Assembly (NCBI GenBank): GCA_964016885.1
Contig: OZ024754.1
Location: 620,001-684,000 of the forward strand
Reading direction: 5' to 3'
Source of the DNA: Eledone cirrhosa
Lineage: Eukaryota
Length of the DNA stretch: 64,000 nt
Part shown: positions 13,628-26,739 of the stretch, one piece after another
Layout: every line of letters begins with the position of its first letter
Position numbering within the stretch: position 1 is the first letter of the stretch
The notes under the pieces: model-generated
Seen by the model: the letters and a program-made list of their open reading frames with translations, nothing else
The model's database searches: none
Told to the model about the DNA's origin: nothing
Program-made: the position numbers and the translations under genes

Positions 13628-13949
13628 ATGGTTGAAACTGGAGAAGTCCAAGATAACATGACCATTGTGATGCGTGGGAGTCCTGCAGGTGGGGACTCCC
13701 CCCAAGATAATACACAAGCACCACCGCAACAACAGCAACAACAACAGAAGGTTACCCAGTCAACTAGTGAAGAGATTGGCCAAGGGAATAGCCAGACAGA
13801 ATTGCAGGATGACCAGGAACCAGACTTTCCTCATGATGCTTTGGCTAAATTGGATGAAATGATTAATCGACCAAGATGGGTTGTTCCTGTACTTCCCAAG
13901 GGAGAGTTGGAGTTGCTTCTTGAAGCATCCATTAAACTTAGTAAAGAAT
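13628..13949 (+). CDS. USP9X: USP9X-like coding exon 1 (exon starts 13617 after acceptor tttcag)
   Basis: MVETGEVQ...[41 protein letters not shown]; donor gtaagt at 13950, phase 1. The start codon choice (13628 vs 13658) is uncertain. Confidence 0.9.
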
Positions 13950-15012
13950 GTAAGTATCTTTATATTTAAATATAGGAAGATATCATCATCATCATTTAAC
14001 TAGCAAGTGTTGGGTAGGTCTACATAGACTAGGTCAGTACTGAAGATATGTATTTGAGAGAAAATTTGCTTTGCAGTAACATGATTGCCGATTCAATCCT
14101 ACTGTGGGGTACTTTGGGCAAGTGTATTCTACTATCATTCTTTCAAGGTTGATGAAGTATCAGTCTAGTACTGGGGTTGATTCTTCCTTTATATCTCTTT
14201 CTCACTTTGTTTGGAAGAAATCAACTGTTCAGACTTGGAGAGGGATAAGCTCAGCCAGGTTTAAATGCCAACACATACCCTATTACTTCATAGCAAGACA
14301 ACTATTTGTTTCATCTTGAGATAACTTGTAAGAAATTTAAGCTGCCAAAATAAAAAACAGTTATGAAAAAATGTTTATAGCGGGGAATTTGATGTTAACT
14401 CTTAACATCCTATACCATACAATCCACATTAGCCAGGCAACACTAGGATTGAATCACATAAAATATTGAAGACTACTTTTGTTTATTGTAAATTCTCACA
14501 AGTTTTTCTTTTTTAGTAAAGAATTAACAAACTCATTTTATAATATATTTTTCTAAATTGAATTAACTCATAACACTGTGTAGTGAATGTTAGCAAGACA
14601 TTGTTAAAAAGTACAAAATATCACAACTGTATCATATTAAAAAGAGTTTTGTTGAGTGTCAGAAAGTAATATTTAAAATAAACTTCAGTATGAATTCATG
14701 TTCCAATGAATGTATTAAAATGTTAATATTTCAGTGTCCATGAACATGGCGAGAATTTTGTGAAATTATGGAATTAAACTTGGATAAAATAATTCACATA
14801 TATTTTTAAAAAATAGATAAAAAATCTGAATTTATTAGTTTGATCTAAATGTATAAAATTGGTAGACTGAAATAGTCTATACTAGCAAATAATCAGAACT
14901 GAATTTATTACAATGTTGAGTTAGGTCTAAATGTATAAAGCTGGTAAACCGAAATAGTCCATACTAGCAAACAGTCAGAACACTAATGCTGAAGATGATT
15001 TATCTTTTATAG

Positions 15013-15125
15013 CACTGGATACAAGAAGTGAAGCTTGCCAGAGGTTTTTCCGTGAAGGCTTGACCATATCCTTTACCAAAATACTTACTGATGAGGCTGT
15101 AAGTGGATGGAAGTATGAAATACAT
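15013..15125 (+). CDS. USP9X: USP9X-like coding exon 2
   Basis: tag|..[37 protein letters not shown]|gtaagt. Confidence 0.95.
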
Positions 15126-15491
15126 GTAAGTTGAAAACAAATTCTGTTTGTTATTGTATTGGTTGACTGGTTAAATATATATATATATTTTTTTTTGAAA
15201 AACACTATTCTGATTTGTAATTCTTTTGATACCAAATCCCATCCGAGTCTGTTTCTATGAAAATACTCTGTTCTAAGTATTCCTATTTAAATTAAAACCT
15301 ATTCTAATTTTATGTAAAACCTTTTCTTATATTCTAAACATAAGCAACTTGATGGAAAAAAAATTTTTTTTTTTATTAAATCCTTCCAAATTCTTGAATA
15401 TTTTCAAAATTTATTAAAACAGTGCTTTCATTAGAGAAGTTCTTCAGGTACCTTTTCTTCTTTGTTTATACTTTCCTTTTTTTATTTTCAG

Positions 15492-15604
15492 AGATGCATA
15501 TTCAAAAATGCAGAAAAATTAATTGAATTATGTGTTTGCAAACTTTCTCAAGATTGGTTTCCTTTGTTGGATCTCTTGGCAATGGTTCTGAATCCTCAGT
15601 GCAA
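15492..15604 (+). CDS. USP9X: USP9X-like coding exon 3
   Basis: cag|[37 protein letters not shown]|gtaagt. Confidence 0.95.
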
Positions 15605-16216
15605 GTAAGTTGATATTGAGTACAGCCTTAATGTAGATTTGTTGTAGTACATTTTATATTTGTTTCTACAAGTGAGGTTGAATAGATATACATTTCTATA
15701 CAAATGACTAAGGAGGACTCTTCAGTAATGCCAAGAAGATGACAACCTTTCTAGGGCTGGTGTTGTAATAAAATCTTCCCATTACATGCTGTAAAGTGGT
15801 TGGCATTAGGAATAGCATCTAGCCATAGAAACCAGGCCATAACAACATAGCAAGATATGGTCACCTGATTGGTCTAAGCATGGAAAATAGACATTAAACG
15901 GTGATGATGATAATGAATAAGATGGAATTAAAATACGTTTCTGTACAAATGGACAGAGAGGAGTCTTCAGGTGTGTCAAGGGCATGGTAACCTTTCTGAT
16001 GCTGGTACCATGTTAAAATGCACCCAGTATACCCTGTAAAGTGTTGGCTTTAGGAAGGTCATCCAATGGTAGAAGCCATTCTAAAGTGGACTATAGTGTA
16101 GTAAGTCATGGTTCCCAGACCTGTCTAGGAAGACAGTAGCTTTGATTAAATACTGACTTGGTCTATAAAAACCTTTTCAACCCATACTATTAGGGAAAAG
16201 CATGTAAAATGGATAT

Positions 16217-17867
16217 CATCATCATCATCATCATCAACGTTTAACGTCCGTGTTCCACGCTTGCATGGGTTTGGACGGGGGTTTTCCCACTTGAGGCAAG
16301 AGTGATTGTCTTGCTCGCATAGGACTGTCTGGCGGGTTTTCTACAGCTGGATGCCCTTCCTAACACCAACCACATTTACAGTGTGGGGCTGGGAGGTTTT
16401 TACCGTGTTGCCTACACGGTCACATTACAGCGTGGACTGTGTGTTTTTTTTGTCGTGACACCTACACGATCTCATTTGTTTCGGCCTGGATGTTGTGGCA
16501 CCAACATAACTTTACATTGAAAGGGGCGGTGTGGATGGGGTGGGGGTGGTAGGATGGGGGTGTATTTTGTTAGAGATGCCTACTGACTGTAGTAGGTTTT
16601 ACTTTGTATTTAGGTAAGGCGGGTCTTCTCTATTACTGAGTACCGCCAAAGGTCTCGGTCCAGTGACATTGTCTTGGAGAGGTGTAAGTGTGTGAGGTCA
16701 GAATTTATCAGCTCGTCCCAGGTTTTTCTGGGTCTGCCTATCCCGTGGCTACCGTCTATCTTTATTGCCCTGCACTTTGTTATACAGCTATCGTCTTTCA
16801 TGCGCATCACGTGACCATACCAACGTAGTCTTCTCTCGAGTAAACAACATCTGATCCCTCTTATTTCTAATTTTTTCCTTAGTTCGTTTATGCTTTGCCA
16901 TTCACGTATATTACTATTACACATCCAGCGGAGCATGCAAGCTTCGTTCCTCTCTAGTCTGCGTATATCCTCTGCACACAATGCCCAGGTCTCACTGCCA
17001 TGCAACATTGCTGTTCGTATGCAGGCATCATACAACCTGCCTTTCATTTTTAGGGAGAACCCTTTAGCGGCTAATAGTGGTATAAGCTCTCTGAACTTTT
17101 TCCATCCAGTTCTGACTCTAGCTACTGTACTTTCAGAGCACCCTCCCCCACTGCTGATTTTGTCACCCAGGTAACGGAAGCTGTCCACTATTTCTATAGA
17201 ACCCTCTGCACAGTTGAAAGAGCTAGTATTTTGTGGGCACTTGCTGCTACTTATTGCACCAGAGCACCGGCCACATGTAAAATCTATGTTCTTAGTTAGC
17301 TTACCTGTGATCCCACTACATCTTTTATGCACCCATACTTTACATTTGGGACACAAAATGGAGTTTCTACCTACGCCTTTCCTACACACTGAGCATGGCC
17401 ACTTCCCGGAAGGGACCGCCGCCTTATTTTCTTTCCTACAAACTAGAACTTTGGTCTTAGCCAGGTTAATTTTAAGGCCTTTTGATTCTAGGCCGTGCTT
17501 CCATGTTTGGAATTTCTTCTCTAGCTCGGCCATTGATTCAGCTATGAGTGTTAGGTCATCTGTGTATAGGAGTTCCCATGGGCAGCCGGTCTTGAACTCC
17601 TCTGTTATAGCCTGAAGGGCAATAATAAATAGTAGGGGGCTGAGAACAGAGCCCTGATGGACGCCAACTTTTACGCTAAACTCTTCACTATATTCGTTGT
17701 TAATTCTAACCTTGCTGACTGTTTCTTTATACATGGCTTGCATAGCTCTCACAAGCCATTCGTCAACACCTAGTTTTCTAAGAGCCCACCAGATAATGGA
17801 ACGGGGGGACTCTGTCGAAGGCTTTCTCCAAGTCGACAAAAGCTAAGTATAGGGGTTTACTTTTAGC
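16217..17867 (-). mobile_element. 5'-truncated RTE LINE with open RT frame (16610-17839) plus a SINE-like 3' region and (TGA)n tail
   Basis: FVDLEKAFDRVPR, HQGSVLSPLLF, YTDD, FRYLG, HGSETW, RLRWYGHV; stem-loop tail and (CAT)n on + strand at 16217. Confidence 0.92.
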
Positions 17868-18016
17868 GGATATATATATATATATATATAATTGGTGTTG
17901 GATGCTTAAAGCGTCCGTATGCGGTAGGCCGTTTGAGCACTCGATGCTCTCATAGAGCAGAGTATGATATCACAGAAAAAATATCACTGATTCTCTTTTT
18001 TTCTGTGATATATATT

Positions 18017-18333
18017 CATCATTTCATTTTTACGTCCACCTTTTCCCTGCTTGCAAGGGTGGGACGGGAACTGATTCTGGCTTGATTTCTACAGCTGGAT
18101 GCCCTTCCTAACACCAACCTCATTTACAGTGAGTGCTGGGTGCTTTTTTGCTGTGGCACCTCCACGACCACTTTGTAGTGGAATGATAGGGACCCCAGTC
18201 CCTAGCATCTCATTTCTACAGCTGAGTAAACTGGAGCAATGTGAAATAAAGTGTCTTGCTCAAGGAAACAACACATCACCCGGTCTGAGAATTGAACTCA
18301 CAACCTTTCGCTAACCACTAAGCCATGTGCCTC
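18017..18333 (-). mobile_element. SINE family A copy
   Basis: Near-identical to 2143-2478, with a small deletion in the tRNA head. Confidence 0.88.
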
Positions 18334-18380
<47 letters not shown>

Positions 18381-18669
18381 TAGCACTTTTTTTAATTTAT
18401 TTGGGACCTAAGCAACACAAAAAAAGTGATTACAAGCCAGGAACAGAAAAAAAAATTTTTTGTTACACGGTGATAATCAGTATTATAGCTTTTGAATTTT
18501 TTTTTATGATGTCTATTGAATTTTGAAATGGAGTTACTTCACCAGAATTAACTAAGAAAAAAAAGAAAATCAAGTGACTTTATATTTTATGGTAGAGAAA
18601 TGGTTGTAATGGGATATATAATATTTTATAAGATATAATAGTTTTTGTCATGGTATCTTTCATTTATAG

Positions 18670-18775
18670 GTTCCATACATACAATGGAACTCGGCCTTCA
18701 GAAACAGTACCACCAGGAGCTCAGGTAACAGAAGAAGCTGTATTTGCTAAACCACCCGATGCCAGAACACCACGG
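18670..18775 (+). CDS. USP9X: USP9X-like coding exon 4
   Basis: tag|FHTYNGTRPSETVPPGAQVTEEAVFAKPPDARTPR|gtattt. Confidence 0.93.
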
Positions 18776-19167
18776 GTATTTATTTATTATTTAAATTATT
18801 TTTTCGTGTGTGTGTATGTAATTATTTATTTATGTTTATGGTTTGCATCCAGAAACAATATATGCTCCAAATATATGAAAGAATTGTGTAAACCAATGAT
18901 CCTCTTAACCACATTGCTTTGACTGAAGTTTGCTGAGTTTGCTTTGGGACTTGTAAAGTCCCAAAGCAAACTCGCAAATGTTGGTATCATAATAAAATGC
19001 ATCCAGTATGTTCTGTAAAGTGAACAGACAATGTTGAGAAGATCCTTTAGTCCTGTTGAGGACATAAATTATTTAGTGCTGATACCACAATAAGCATCCA
19101 GTTCACTCTGTAAAGTTGTTGGCATTAAGGACATCCAACTGTAGAAACTATATGAAGAAAAGTTCTA

Positions 19168-19450
19168 TTTGGTTTGTATGGCCCCTGATTGGTAGGTAAT
19201 CAGGTAGCTGTCTGGTTTCATAAAGTTAGTGTTGCAAATGGTTAGGTCAGATGCATCACAGAACTCCTGAAGTACAGACTCTTTGTTTCCTGTACCATAC
19301 CCATAACTTCCATACACACAAGCAATGTGTTTCCTAACATGTCCATTGAAAATCATTGTCATTCATCATTGAAGAGGTCTGTGAGAGGACCTCATAGAAG
19401 TGATCCTTCTGCAGATCTAGCTTGAGGAACATATGCAAAAATGATAGCAC
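19168..19450 (-). mobile_element. RTE endonuclease-domain fragment
   Basis: FNGHV...GYGTGN...EFCDASDLTICNTNF.KP...LITYQSG, homologous to 33600-33820. Confidence 0.8.
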
Positions 19451-19829
19451 TACTTGTATTGTATCAAGATTATAACTGATAGTCACATTGTTGTATAGTT
19501 AATAATGTTAATCTAATATAACTTTATGGTTGAATTATGAATATTACATCATACATAGTTGTACGACATTCAGCCTAGATGATGATGAAAAATGTGATTT
19601 TTTTTTTTTATTTTTTTATTTTTTTTATTTTTTTTTTTTTAATTTATTTATTTTTTTTTTAAATTTATTTATTTAGAATGTGATTTGATTTTTGAAATCC
19701 ATTAAATATTCTCTTTGAAAGTCTCTAAATCCATTAAATATTTCCTATGAAATCGTCTTTATTCCTTTAATATTCAGTTTGTCATTTCAAAAGGATTTTA
19801 CACAAATATCATTGTTCAACTTTTTACAG

Positions 19830-19945
19830 GGGTGGCTGGTTGATCTGGTAAATAAATTTGGGCAAATGGAAGGATTCCAAATTATTCTTGACCGTTTCAC
19901 AAAAGGTCCCCAATTATCGGTGCCTGTGATAGCTGCACTGGTGAA
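19830..19945 (+). CDS. USP9X: USP9X-like coding exon 5
   Basis: cag|[38 protein letters not shown]|gtaagt. Confidence 0.95.
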
Positions 19946-20756
19946 GTAAGTGAATCAATTATTACATTTATCTTTTCTAAGAAATAAATTATACATTTTA
20001 AAAGAATTTATAGTGTTCAAATTTTTAAATTTGATTGATATGATTTTGGTTTGTTTCTTCTAGTCCTTAAGGCTGTTACAAGGTGAAATGCCTTTAGTAT
20101 TTTGTATGATGATGACCTGATTTTCATTCCAGAATCTGTTGATTAATTGCAGAGAAAGTTCAATTTGTTGGAAGAGTCAAGATGCTAGCTCAGTAATATT
20201 TCATACAAAATGTAGGACGGTAGTGCAAATAAGGGATTGATAAAGAGTGCAGTGGAATGTCTGTTAGACTGATATGGATAGAACCAAATTTCATGTGCAC
20301 CAGAATTATTAGCATAACTAGAACGAGAATTTAACAGAAGGTTCATATTGTAGATATGACAACCCATACCGTCCTGGAAAAACAAACATTAAAGAAATAA
20401 TTGTTTCTACTTTTGGCACAAGGCGAGCAATTACCGGTACTTTATTTTATCAACCCTGTATGGATGGATGAAAGGCAAAGTTAATCTCGCCAGGATTTGA
20501 ACTCGGATCGTAAATGGACGTAACTATGTTGGAAAGCATGTCCGACCCTCTACCGATACTGCCAATTCAATAATGACAATGACAATCAAGAAAAGGAATA
20601 TGATTGAATTTAATGTTTAAAATATTTTTCTAATTGAAATTTCTACTGCAATTTTAAAAAGTTCATGTTAAATGAAAGACAATATTAGTTAAGTAAATTA
20701 TTTTTCATATTGATGAGAATGTAGTTATATCAAAATATTTTTCTCTCTTTTTCTAG

Positions 20757-20823
20757 ACCATTTGGTCAGTGCTCTGAAGTACTGACTCCTTATGCTATCC
20801 AAAAATATTTCATGCCAATTGTG
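20757..20823 (+). CDS. USP9X: USP9X-like coding exon 6
   Basis: tag|PFGQCSEVLTPYAIQKYFMPIV|gtaagt. Confidence 0.93.
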
Positions 20824-21319
20824 GTAAGTATTTATCATTTTATATGTAAAAAACTTGATATACCAATATTTTCTCATTGATTCAACTATTTCTGATTAAC
20901 TATTGAAAATGAATCAATATTGTGTATGGACAAAAGATAGAAAAAAGAATACATTAGCTTTAACTCTTTCATCACCATATTTCTAATGATATACACTGTA
21001 TTTCAGTTAATTGATGAAGAATTTGGAAGGAATTACAAGAAATATTATTTCATTTCTAAGCTGGTGTTTATAACATAACTTAACAAAAAGTTTTCATCAA
21101 TTGTGTTGGAAAGTTTAAATCTTGAAAGAAATCCTTTAAAACAAATGCTTTTGTTTCATAGAACCAGAGTGGGTTGGTAAAAAAAAAAAGATTGCTTTTG
21201 CATTCTGCAACATTTTATCTGTTCAGAAATAGAATCATTTATGAACTTTTCAAATTTTCAAATGTGTATTTGTAAAGGTAATTTACTAAACTGTCTAGTT
21301 CATGAATTCATGAAACATG

Positions 21320-21930
21320 TGTAGGCATGTAGCCCAATGTCTAGAGTGTTGGACTCATGGTCATAACGGTCATGGGTTCGATTTCTGAACTGAGCTTAAT
21401 GTTGTGGTCTTGAGCAAGATGCTTCATGGTAGGACTGGGGTTCCTATCATTTTGACACTCAAGAAACTTCCTATGAGAAGCAACTTTATAGGAGGTCATC
21501 TAAAACTCAATAAGTTTGAGCTGTAAATTTCATTTTATTTTCATAAAATATGAGTCTTTGCTATAAGTCAAATAAATTATAGTCATAAGATATTTCCCTG
21601 TAGTAAGTAATGTAACAGGAGCACCTTGATAGTGAAAGCATATGACTTTGTGGTTATGATCATAAGGTTGGGTGTCTGTTTCCTCAATTGGGTTGTGTGT
21701 TGTCTTTGAGCAATATGCTTCATTTCATGTTACTTCAGTCTACTCAGTTGAATAACCAATATGACTACCTGCAGCAGTAACAGCAGCTATAGACTAAAAT
21801 CTGTAGCAGACTAGCATCTAGTTTTTCAAGGTAGGACTGGAGCTCCTATTATTAAAACACCTAAGAAATGCCCTATGAGATGCAACCTTGTACGAGGCCA
21901 GATAAACGTACATAGGTGTGAGATGTAACA
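21320..21930 (+). mobile_element. Two adjacent degraded CORE-like tRNA SINE copies
   Basis: tRNA-like heads, cttgagcaa motif, shared gtaggactgg.g.tcctat...aagaaa...cctatgaga.gcaac segment. Confidence 0.6.
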
Positions 21931-22218
21931 ACACCCAAAATTAGTACTAACCAGTGACAAATTAGGGTTCAAATTTTGTCTATGTAAGTTTTCAATAGAA
22001 TATCTAGCATATAAATCAATAAATGTATGATTCTGACATGGGATATTGAATTAATTGTTTGAAATAACAATTTGGTGGCTCATATTTTTATAATTAAATG
22101 TTATGAAAGATGGAAGCATATTTTACAGATAACATGAACAGTACTGATTATAACTGGGAGAGGCTTGAGAGACAATTAAAATTAATGATAAACATAAAGA
22201 CTTTTCTTCGAATTTTAG

Positions 22219-22403
22219 GAGATAGTTCCTAAATTTTTGGACAACTTAACAGATGATGAGCTGAAAAAGGAGTCCAAGTCAGAAATAAAAAATGATGGGT
22301 TATCAGCAATAATAAAAGCACTGAAACAATTGGTGTCCCGTGTACCTAATCAGGAAGAGACTGTGAAGAATTTGGAAATCTTTCGTTTGAAAATGATTTT
22401 AAG
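22219..22403 (+). CDS. USP9X: USP9X-like coding exon 7
   Basis: tag|[20 protein letters not shown]...[20 protein letters not shown]|gtaaat. Confidence 0.95.
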
Positions 22404-23204
22404 GTAAATTGCTGACATCGTATTGGATTGGTCTGTGATGACCTGTCCAATCTTTGCTAGCAAGGAAAATGGACATTGAATAATGATGCTTTATTGATTA
22501 ATTAACACGTAATCTCAATCATAAATAATCTATAAATAATCTTGTGTGCTCATTCGCACCATCCTTGTAATACGGATGTGAGACATAACCAACCTAGTGT
22601 GACAGATCTACATGAGCTGGAAGTTTTTTTTTTTTAACCACTTTTGCTATTGCTGTATCTTTTGTGTGCACATTGATTTTGTGTCAAACTCTGAAAGATG
22701 TTGCTTTTGGATCAATTCCTTCCAATAATTTCTAATCATAAGTTTCCCCATTGGTTTGGTCGCACACTCTGCCACTCATGAGGTAAACTCCTCTGTGATG
22801 CAGTTGCTCCAGAGCCCCTCTTAGGATGGTCTAAACAGCAAGGCAGACAGTTGAAAATGTGGATTAGCACTATCAAATTTAATCTTGAGCAAATGTCTGG
22901 TCCTCACATTTATGGTGCCCTCTGTTGGAATCATAATTGACTGACAGTATCTATGTCGGATAAACGTGATTGACAAATGTAAGCAGCTGTTGTTTATGAT
23001 GCTGTAGATGCACTGGTTGGACTTTGCTTATCCCACCCTTGATGAATGCCGACCCAAGTACAAATAAATTGAGAAATGAATAAGTTATATATTATTTGAA
23101 AGTAATTAGTGTAAAATTGATTAATAAGTTTAATATAAAGCTTGAATTTTGTAAACTATTTAAAAAAAAACTCGTTTGTAAAACTCATTTCATTCTGTTA
23201 ACAG

Positions 23205-23343
23205 GCTTCTTCAGATATCTTCTTTCAATGGTAAGATGAATGCTTTGAATGAAGTAAACAAAGTGATCGCAAACGTGACATTCCATGCCAGTCGTCACAC
23301 TCCAATAGATGATGATGAATGGCTTACAGCTGATAAGATGGCA
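23205..23343 (+). CDS. USP9X: USP9X-like coding exon 8
   Basis: cag|[21 protein letters not shown]...EWLTADKMA|gtaagt. Confidence 0.95.
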
Positions 23344-23735
23344 GTAAGTATTCTTAAACTTTGCAAGATTTTTATGCTCTAATCATTTTTACTAAATTGG
23401 TGTTTGGAACATAACTTACATGAAATTATGATGGAAGGTTTTAAATGTGAACACATTGTTGCAGGAAGTAGAGGAGGCAGATGATCAAGAAAGACATGAC
23501 TAAAAATGAGGGAGAAGGAAATGAAGGCCAGGGAGTTGAGGTGTGTGTGTGTGGGGGGGGGGGGGGGTTTAGAGCGAGCAGAATGGAGATGCCTGTCATG
23601 TGGCCCCTCACGGTTAAGCCTCCATTTTAGCTGAAATGACGACCCTAAAATACTTGTTGTTATTGTATAAATGAAAATCAATGTGAATTTCTATTTACAG
23701 AATTCTGTGTGAAAGTGTTATATTTCTGTTTTCAG

Positions 23736-23888
23736 GAATGGATTCAGCAGAACAATGTCTTATCAATTGTTCTTCGTGATAGTCTCCACCAACCTCAGTA
23801 TGTTGAGAAATTGGAAAAAATCTTGAGATTTATGATAAAAGAAAAAGCCTTAACACTCGATGATTTGGATAGAATATGGGAAGCCCAG
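23736..23888 (+). CDS. USP9X: USP9X-like coding exon 9
   Basis: cag|[32 protein letters not shown]...RIWEAQ|gtaaaa. Confidence 0.95.
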
Positions 23889-24336
23889 GTAAAAATGCAT
23901 GTTAATTCTTTTAAAGATTTTATGTTTTAAATATGTCATAGCTTATAACTGTATTATTTGAATGAATAAAACATCTAGGAAGCGCTGTTTTGTGGATCTT
24001 AGTATGAAATATCTATATTGAAGACTTAATATAATTTAAGAAGTAAGCAAGCTATGCTATAAATTTCAAGTTAATATATAAATTTGCAAAGGGATCCACC
24101 TTCGAAATTCAAAGGCTATTTTTAAGATGTCAGAAGAGTTGTTTTAGTTTTTCGGGTGGAAGGAAGAAAAGGAAGGGGAAGACCAAGAAAGACATGATTA
24201 AAGATGATGGAGGAAGAGAAAATGAAAGTTAAGGGGCTGGTGAGTGGGGTGCGGCCGATAGGACAAAATAGAGAAGCTTGTCATGGGGCTTGTTATATGT
24301 TCCTTAGTTTTCACTAAATATTTGATTTCTTTTTAG

Positions 24337-24441
24337 TCTGGAAAACATGAAGCAATTGTAAAAAATGTTCATGACTTGTTGGCTAAATTGGCATGGGATT
24401 TCTCTCCTGAACAGCTAGATCATTTGTTTGAATGCTTTCAA
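24337..24441 (+). CDS. USP9X: USP9X-like coding exon 10
   Basis: tag|[35 protein letters not shown]|gtgagt. Confidence 0.95.
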
Positions 24442-25450
24442 GTGAGTTAATTTTTTTTTTAGTTATTTTATATTAAGATATATTATTGGTAAAGTTTTAA
24501 GAGAAATCTTCAAATCTTCTTTTGTAAATTGATTGTATATTTGATAGTTTATGCAAATAAAATAATTATTTTAAATTTTCATTTAACGCATTACCACATA
24601 ACTTTCTTTGTGGGTCAGAAAGACACATCTTGCCAAAATTGGGAATGCATGAGCAAGATGTGGTTCCCTGATCTGTCTAGTATTAGGTTGTGTTTGTAAA
24701 ATGATCGCTATAATTTGGATTGATTTGCTACATGGTTTCTCTCCATCTTATATTTAAAACCATTTCCATCTTTTAGATCAGTATTTATATCCTGACTCAA
24801 TATATTTTGCTACTCTACCATTTCCCATATATTTTTTACTTATTCTGTACAGTAGTAGTGCCAGTGCCACAATAAATTGCTCCCAATACACCCTGAATGT
24901 GGTAGTTCTGCTGTCATAAAATGCTCCTAATACACTCTGTATGTGGTAGTTCTGATGTCATGATAAAATGCCCCTAGTACACACTGTAAAGTAGTTGGCA
25001 TTGGGAAGCTCATCCAGCTGTAGAAACAATGCCAAAATGGAATGTATGGTCATCCCAGAACCTTATGATTGCAAAGTGAACTTCTTAATCATCCAGTCAT
25101 GTTCCATCCATATAAGATCATTTCTAAAAAGAGACCCAATGTGTATCTAATCTTGAATTTTAAATGAGATAAACTAAGAACATATCTCTGGCTATACAAC
25201 AGAATCCTCAATCTAGAATTGAAGGTATATATCAAGCCAGAAATAGTTCTGTATGAGCATGATACAATCACCTGATCTGATGTCTCACCCATGCTAGTAT
25301 GGAAAATGGGTGTTAAATGATACTGGTGACGATAAAACTATAATTTTAGTTTGATGAATTTTTATACTTTTTTTCCTATTTGTATAAAATGATTTAAAGA
25401 TTTGATTTTTAAATGAATTTCTGTGAATGTTTTCATATGTTGTTTTATAG

Positions 25451-25549
25451 GGAAGCTGGACTAATGCCATGAGAAAGCAGAGAGAAAAGTTATTAGAGCT
25501 CATTCGGAGGTTAGCTGAGGATGATAAAGAAGGTGTTATGGCTCATAAG
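25451..25549 (+). CDS. USP9X: USP9X-like coding exon 11
   Basis: tag|[33 protein letters not shown]|gtttgt. Confidence 0.95.
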
Positions 25550-26176
25550 GTTTGTTAATATTTAAATAGGTTCTTATTTTTGTTATCCAGTTAATTTATT
25601 CCATTATTTGATTTGCGAGAGAATGAATAATATTCTAACGTAAAAATTAGTTTAGACAGTTCTACATCCTTTTGAGGTCAATAAAAAAAAAAGCACCAAT
25701 CCAGTGTTACAACTAATATTTAAGAAATAAAGTAATTTTGTCTTGTGATTCCTTTCTTTGACATTCTAACTGCATTTCCTTAGTACCAGAGCTATTGATC
25801 AGTCAATTTGGAGAAATAGCCATTCTACTAGAGCAACTCCTTGATCTCTGAGCTACACACCTTATCGAATGATGTTACTCTAGAGACTCTGTATTTCAGT
25901 TGCTTGTATTCACGATTGTATTCTTTAGGTCACTACTCAACATTCAGGATTTTATGGGCAAAGCCAACAAGAGATGAACACAAGCAAAATCCATAGCCTG
26001 TTAGTCTTGCAGCGATCCAAACGGATCATTTGGAGATGGTTACATTTGATAGGACTCTCAAGAAGGAGTGTCTGACAACTCTACTTCCATGACCCTCTCA
26101 AGAATAAGAAATGAAAAAATAATTTTGATTTATTTTTCTATGATAATTTTATTACCCACTCCCTTTTTTCTTTCAG

Positions 26177-26284
26177 GTTTTAGGTTTATTATGGAATCTT
26201 GCTCATAGTGAAGATGTTCCAACTGAAATCATGGACCAAGCTCTTTCAGCTCATATAAAAATTCTGGATTATAGCTGTTCTCAG
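26177..26284 (+). CDS. USP9X: USP9X-like coding exon 12
   Basis: cag|[36 protein letters not shown]|gtcagt. Confidence 0.95.
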
Positions 26285-26739
26285 GTCAGTATTTTAAAAT
26301 CTTGTTCATTTTTCAGCTATTAGATTTTTCACTGTTAATTAATATTTTCTAGATTTATATTGGTATGAATGATTCATGTGGTTCAGTGAAAGCATGTGGA
26401 CTAGTGCATAGATGTTTAGATTCACAATCATAAGATTGAAGGTTCAGATCTCGGACTGGGTGATGTGCTCTCCTTGAGCAAAACACTTCATTTTACATTG
26501 TATTACTGTCTGTAGTTTAGGGTTCATAACTCGCAACATCAGTTTGTAGCTGTGTTTGTATTACTAAGATTAAGGAAGTTTATGCCACTATACTTTCTTT
26601 ACAAAATGTACTTAGTAAAAAAAAAAAAAAAAAGTCATTATTTTCTAGATTACTGAGTTTTCTTCATTTTGTTTAGTTTTCCAATTTTCAACACAAATTT
26701 AAATGTATTTGTAGGCCAAACAATTAGTAAATGATTTAT

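Noticed and set aside
22540-23070. Possible coding exon in a GC-richer intronic stretch (also 25730-26100)
   Set aside because: The USP9X frame is complete without it; probably old TE debris that I cannot classify.
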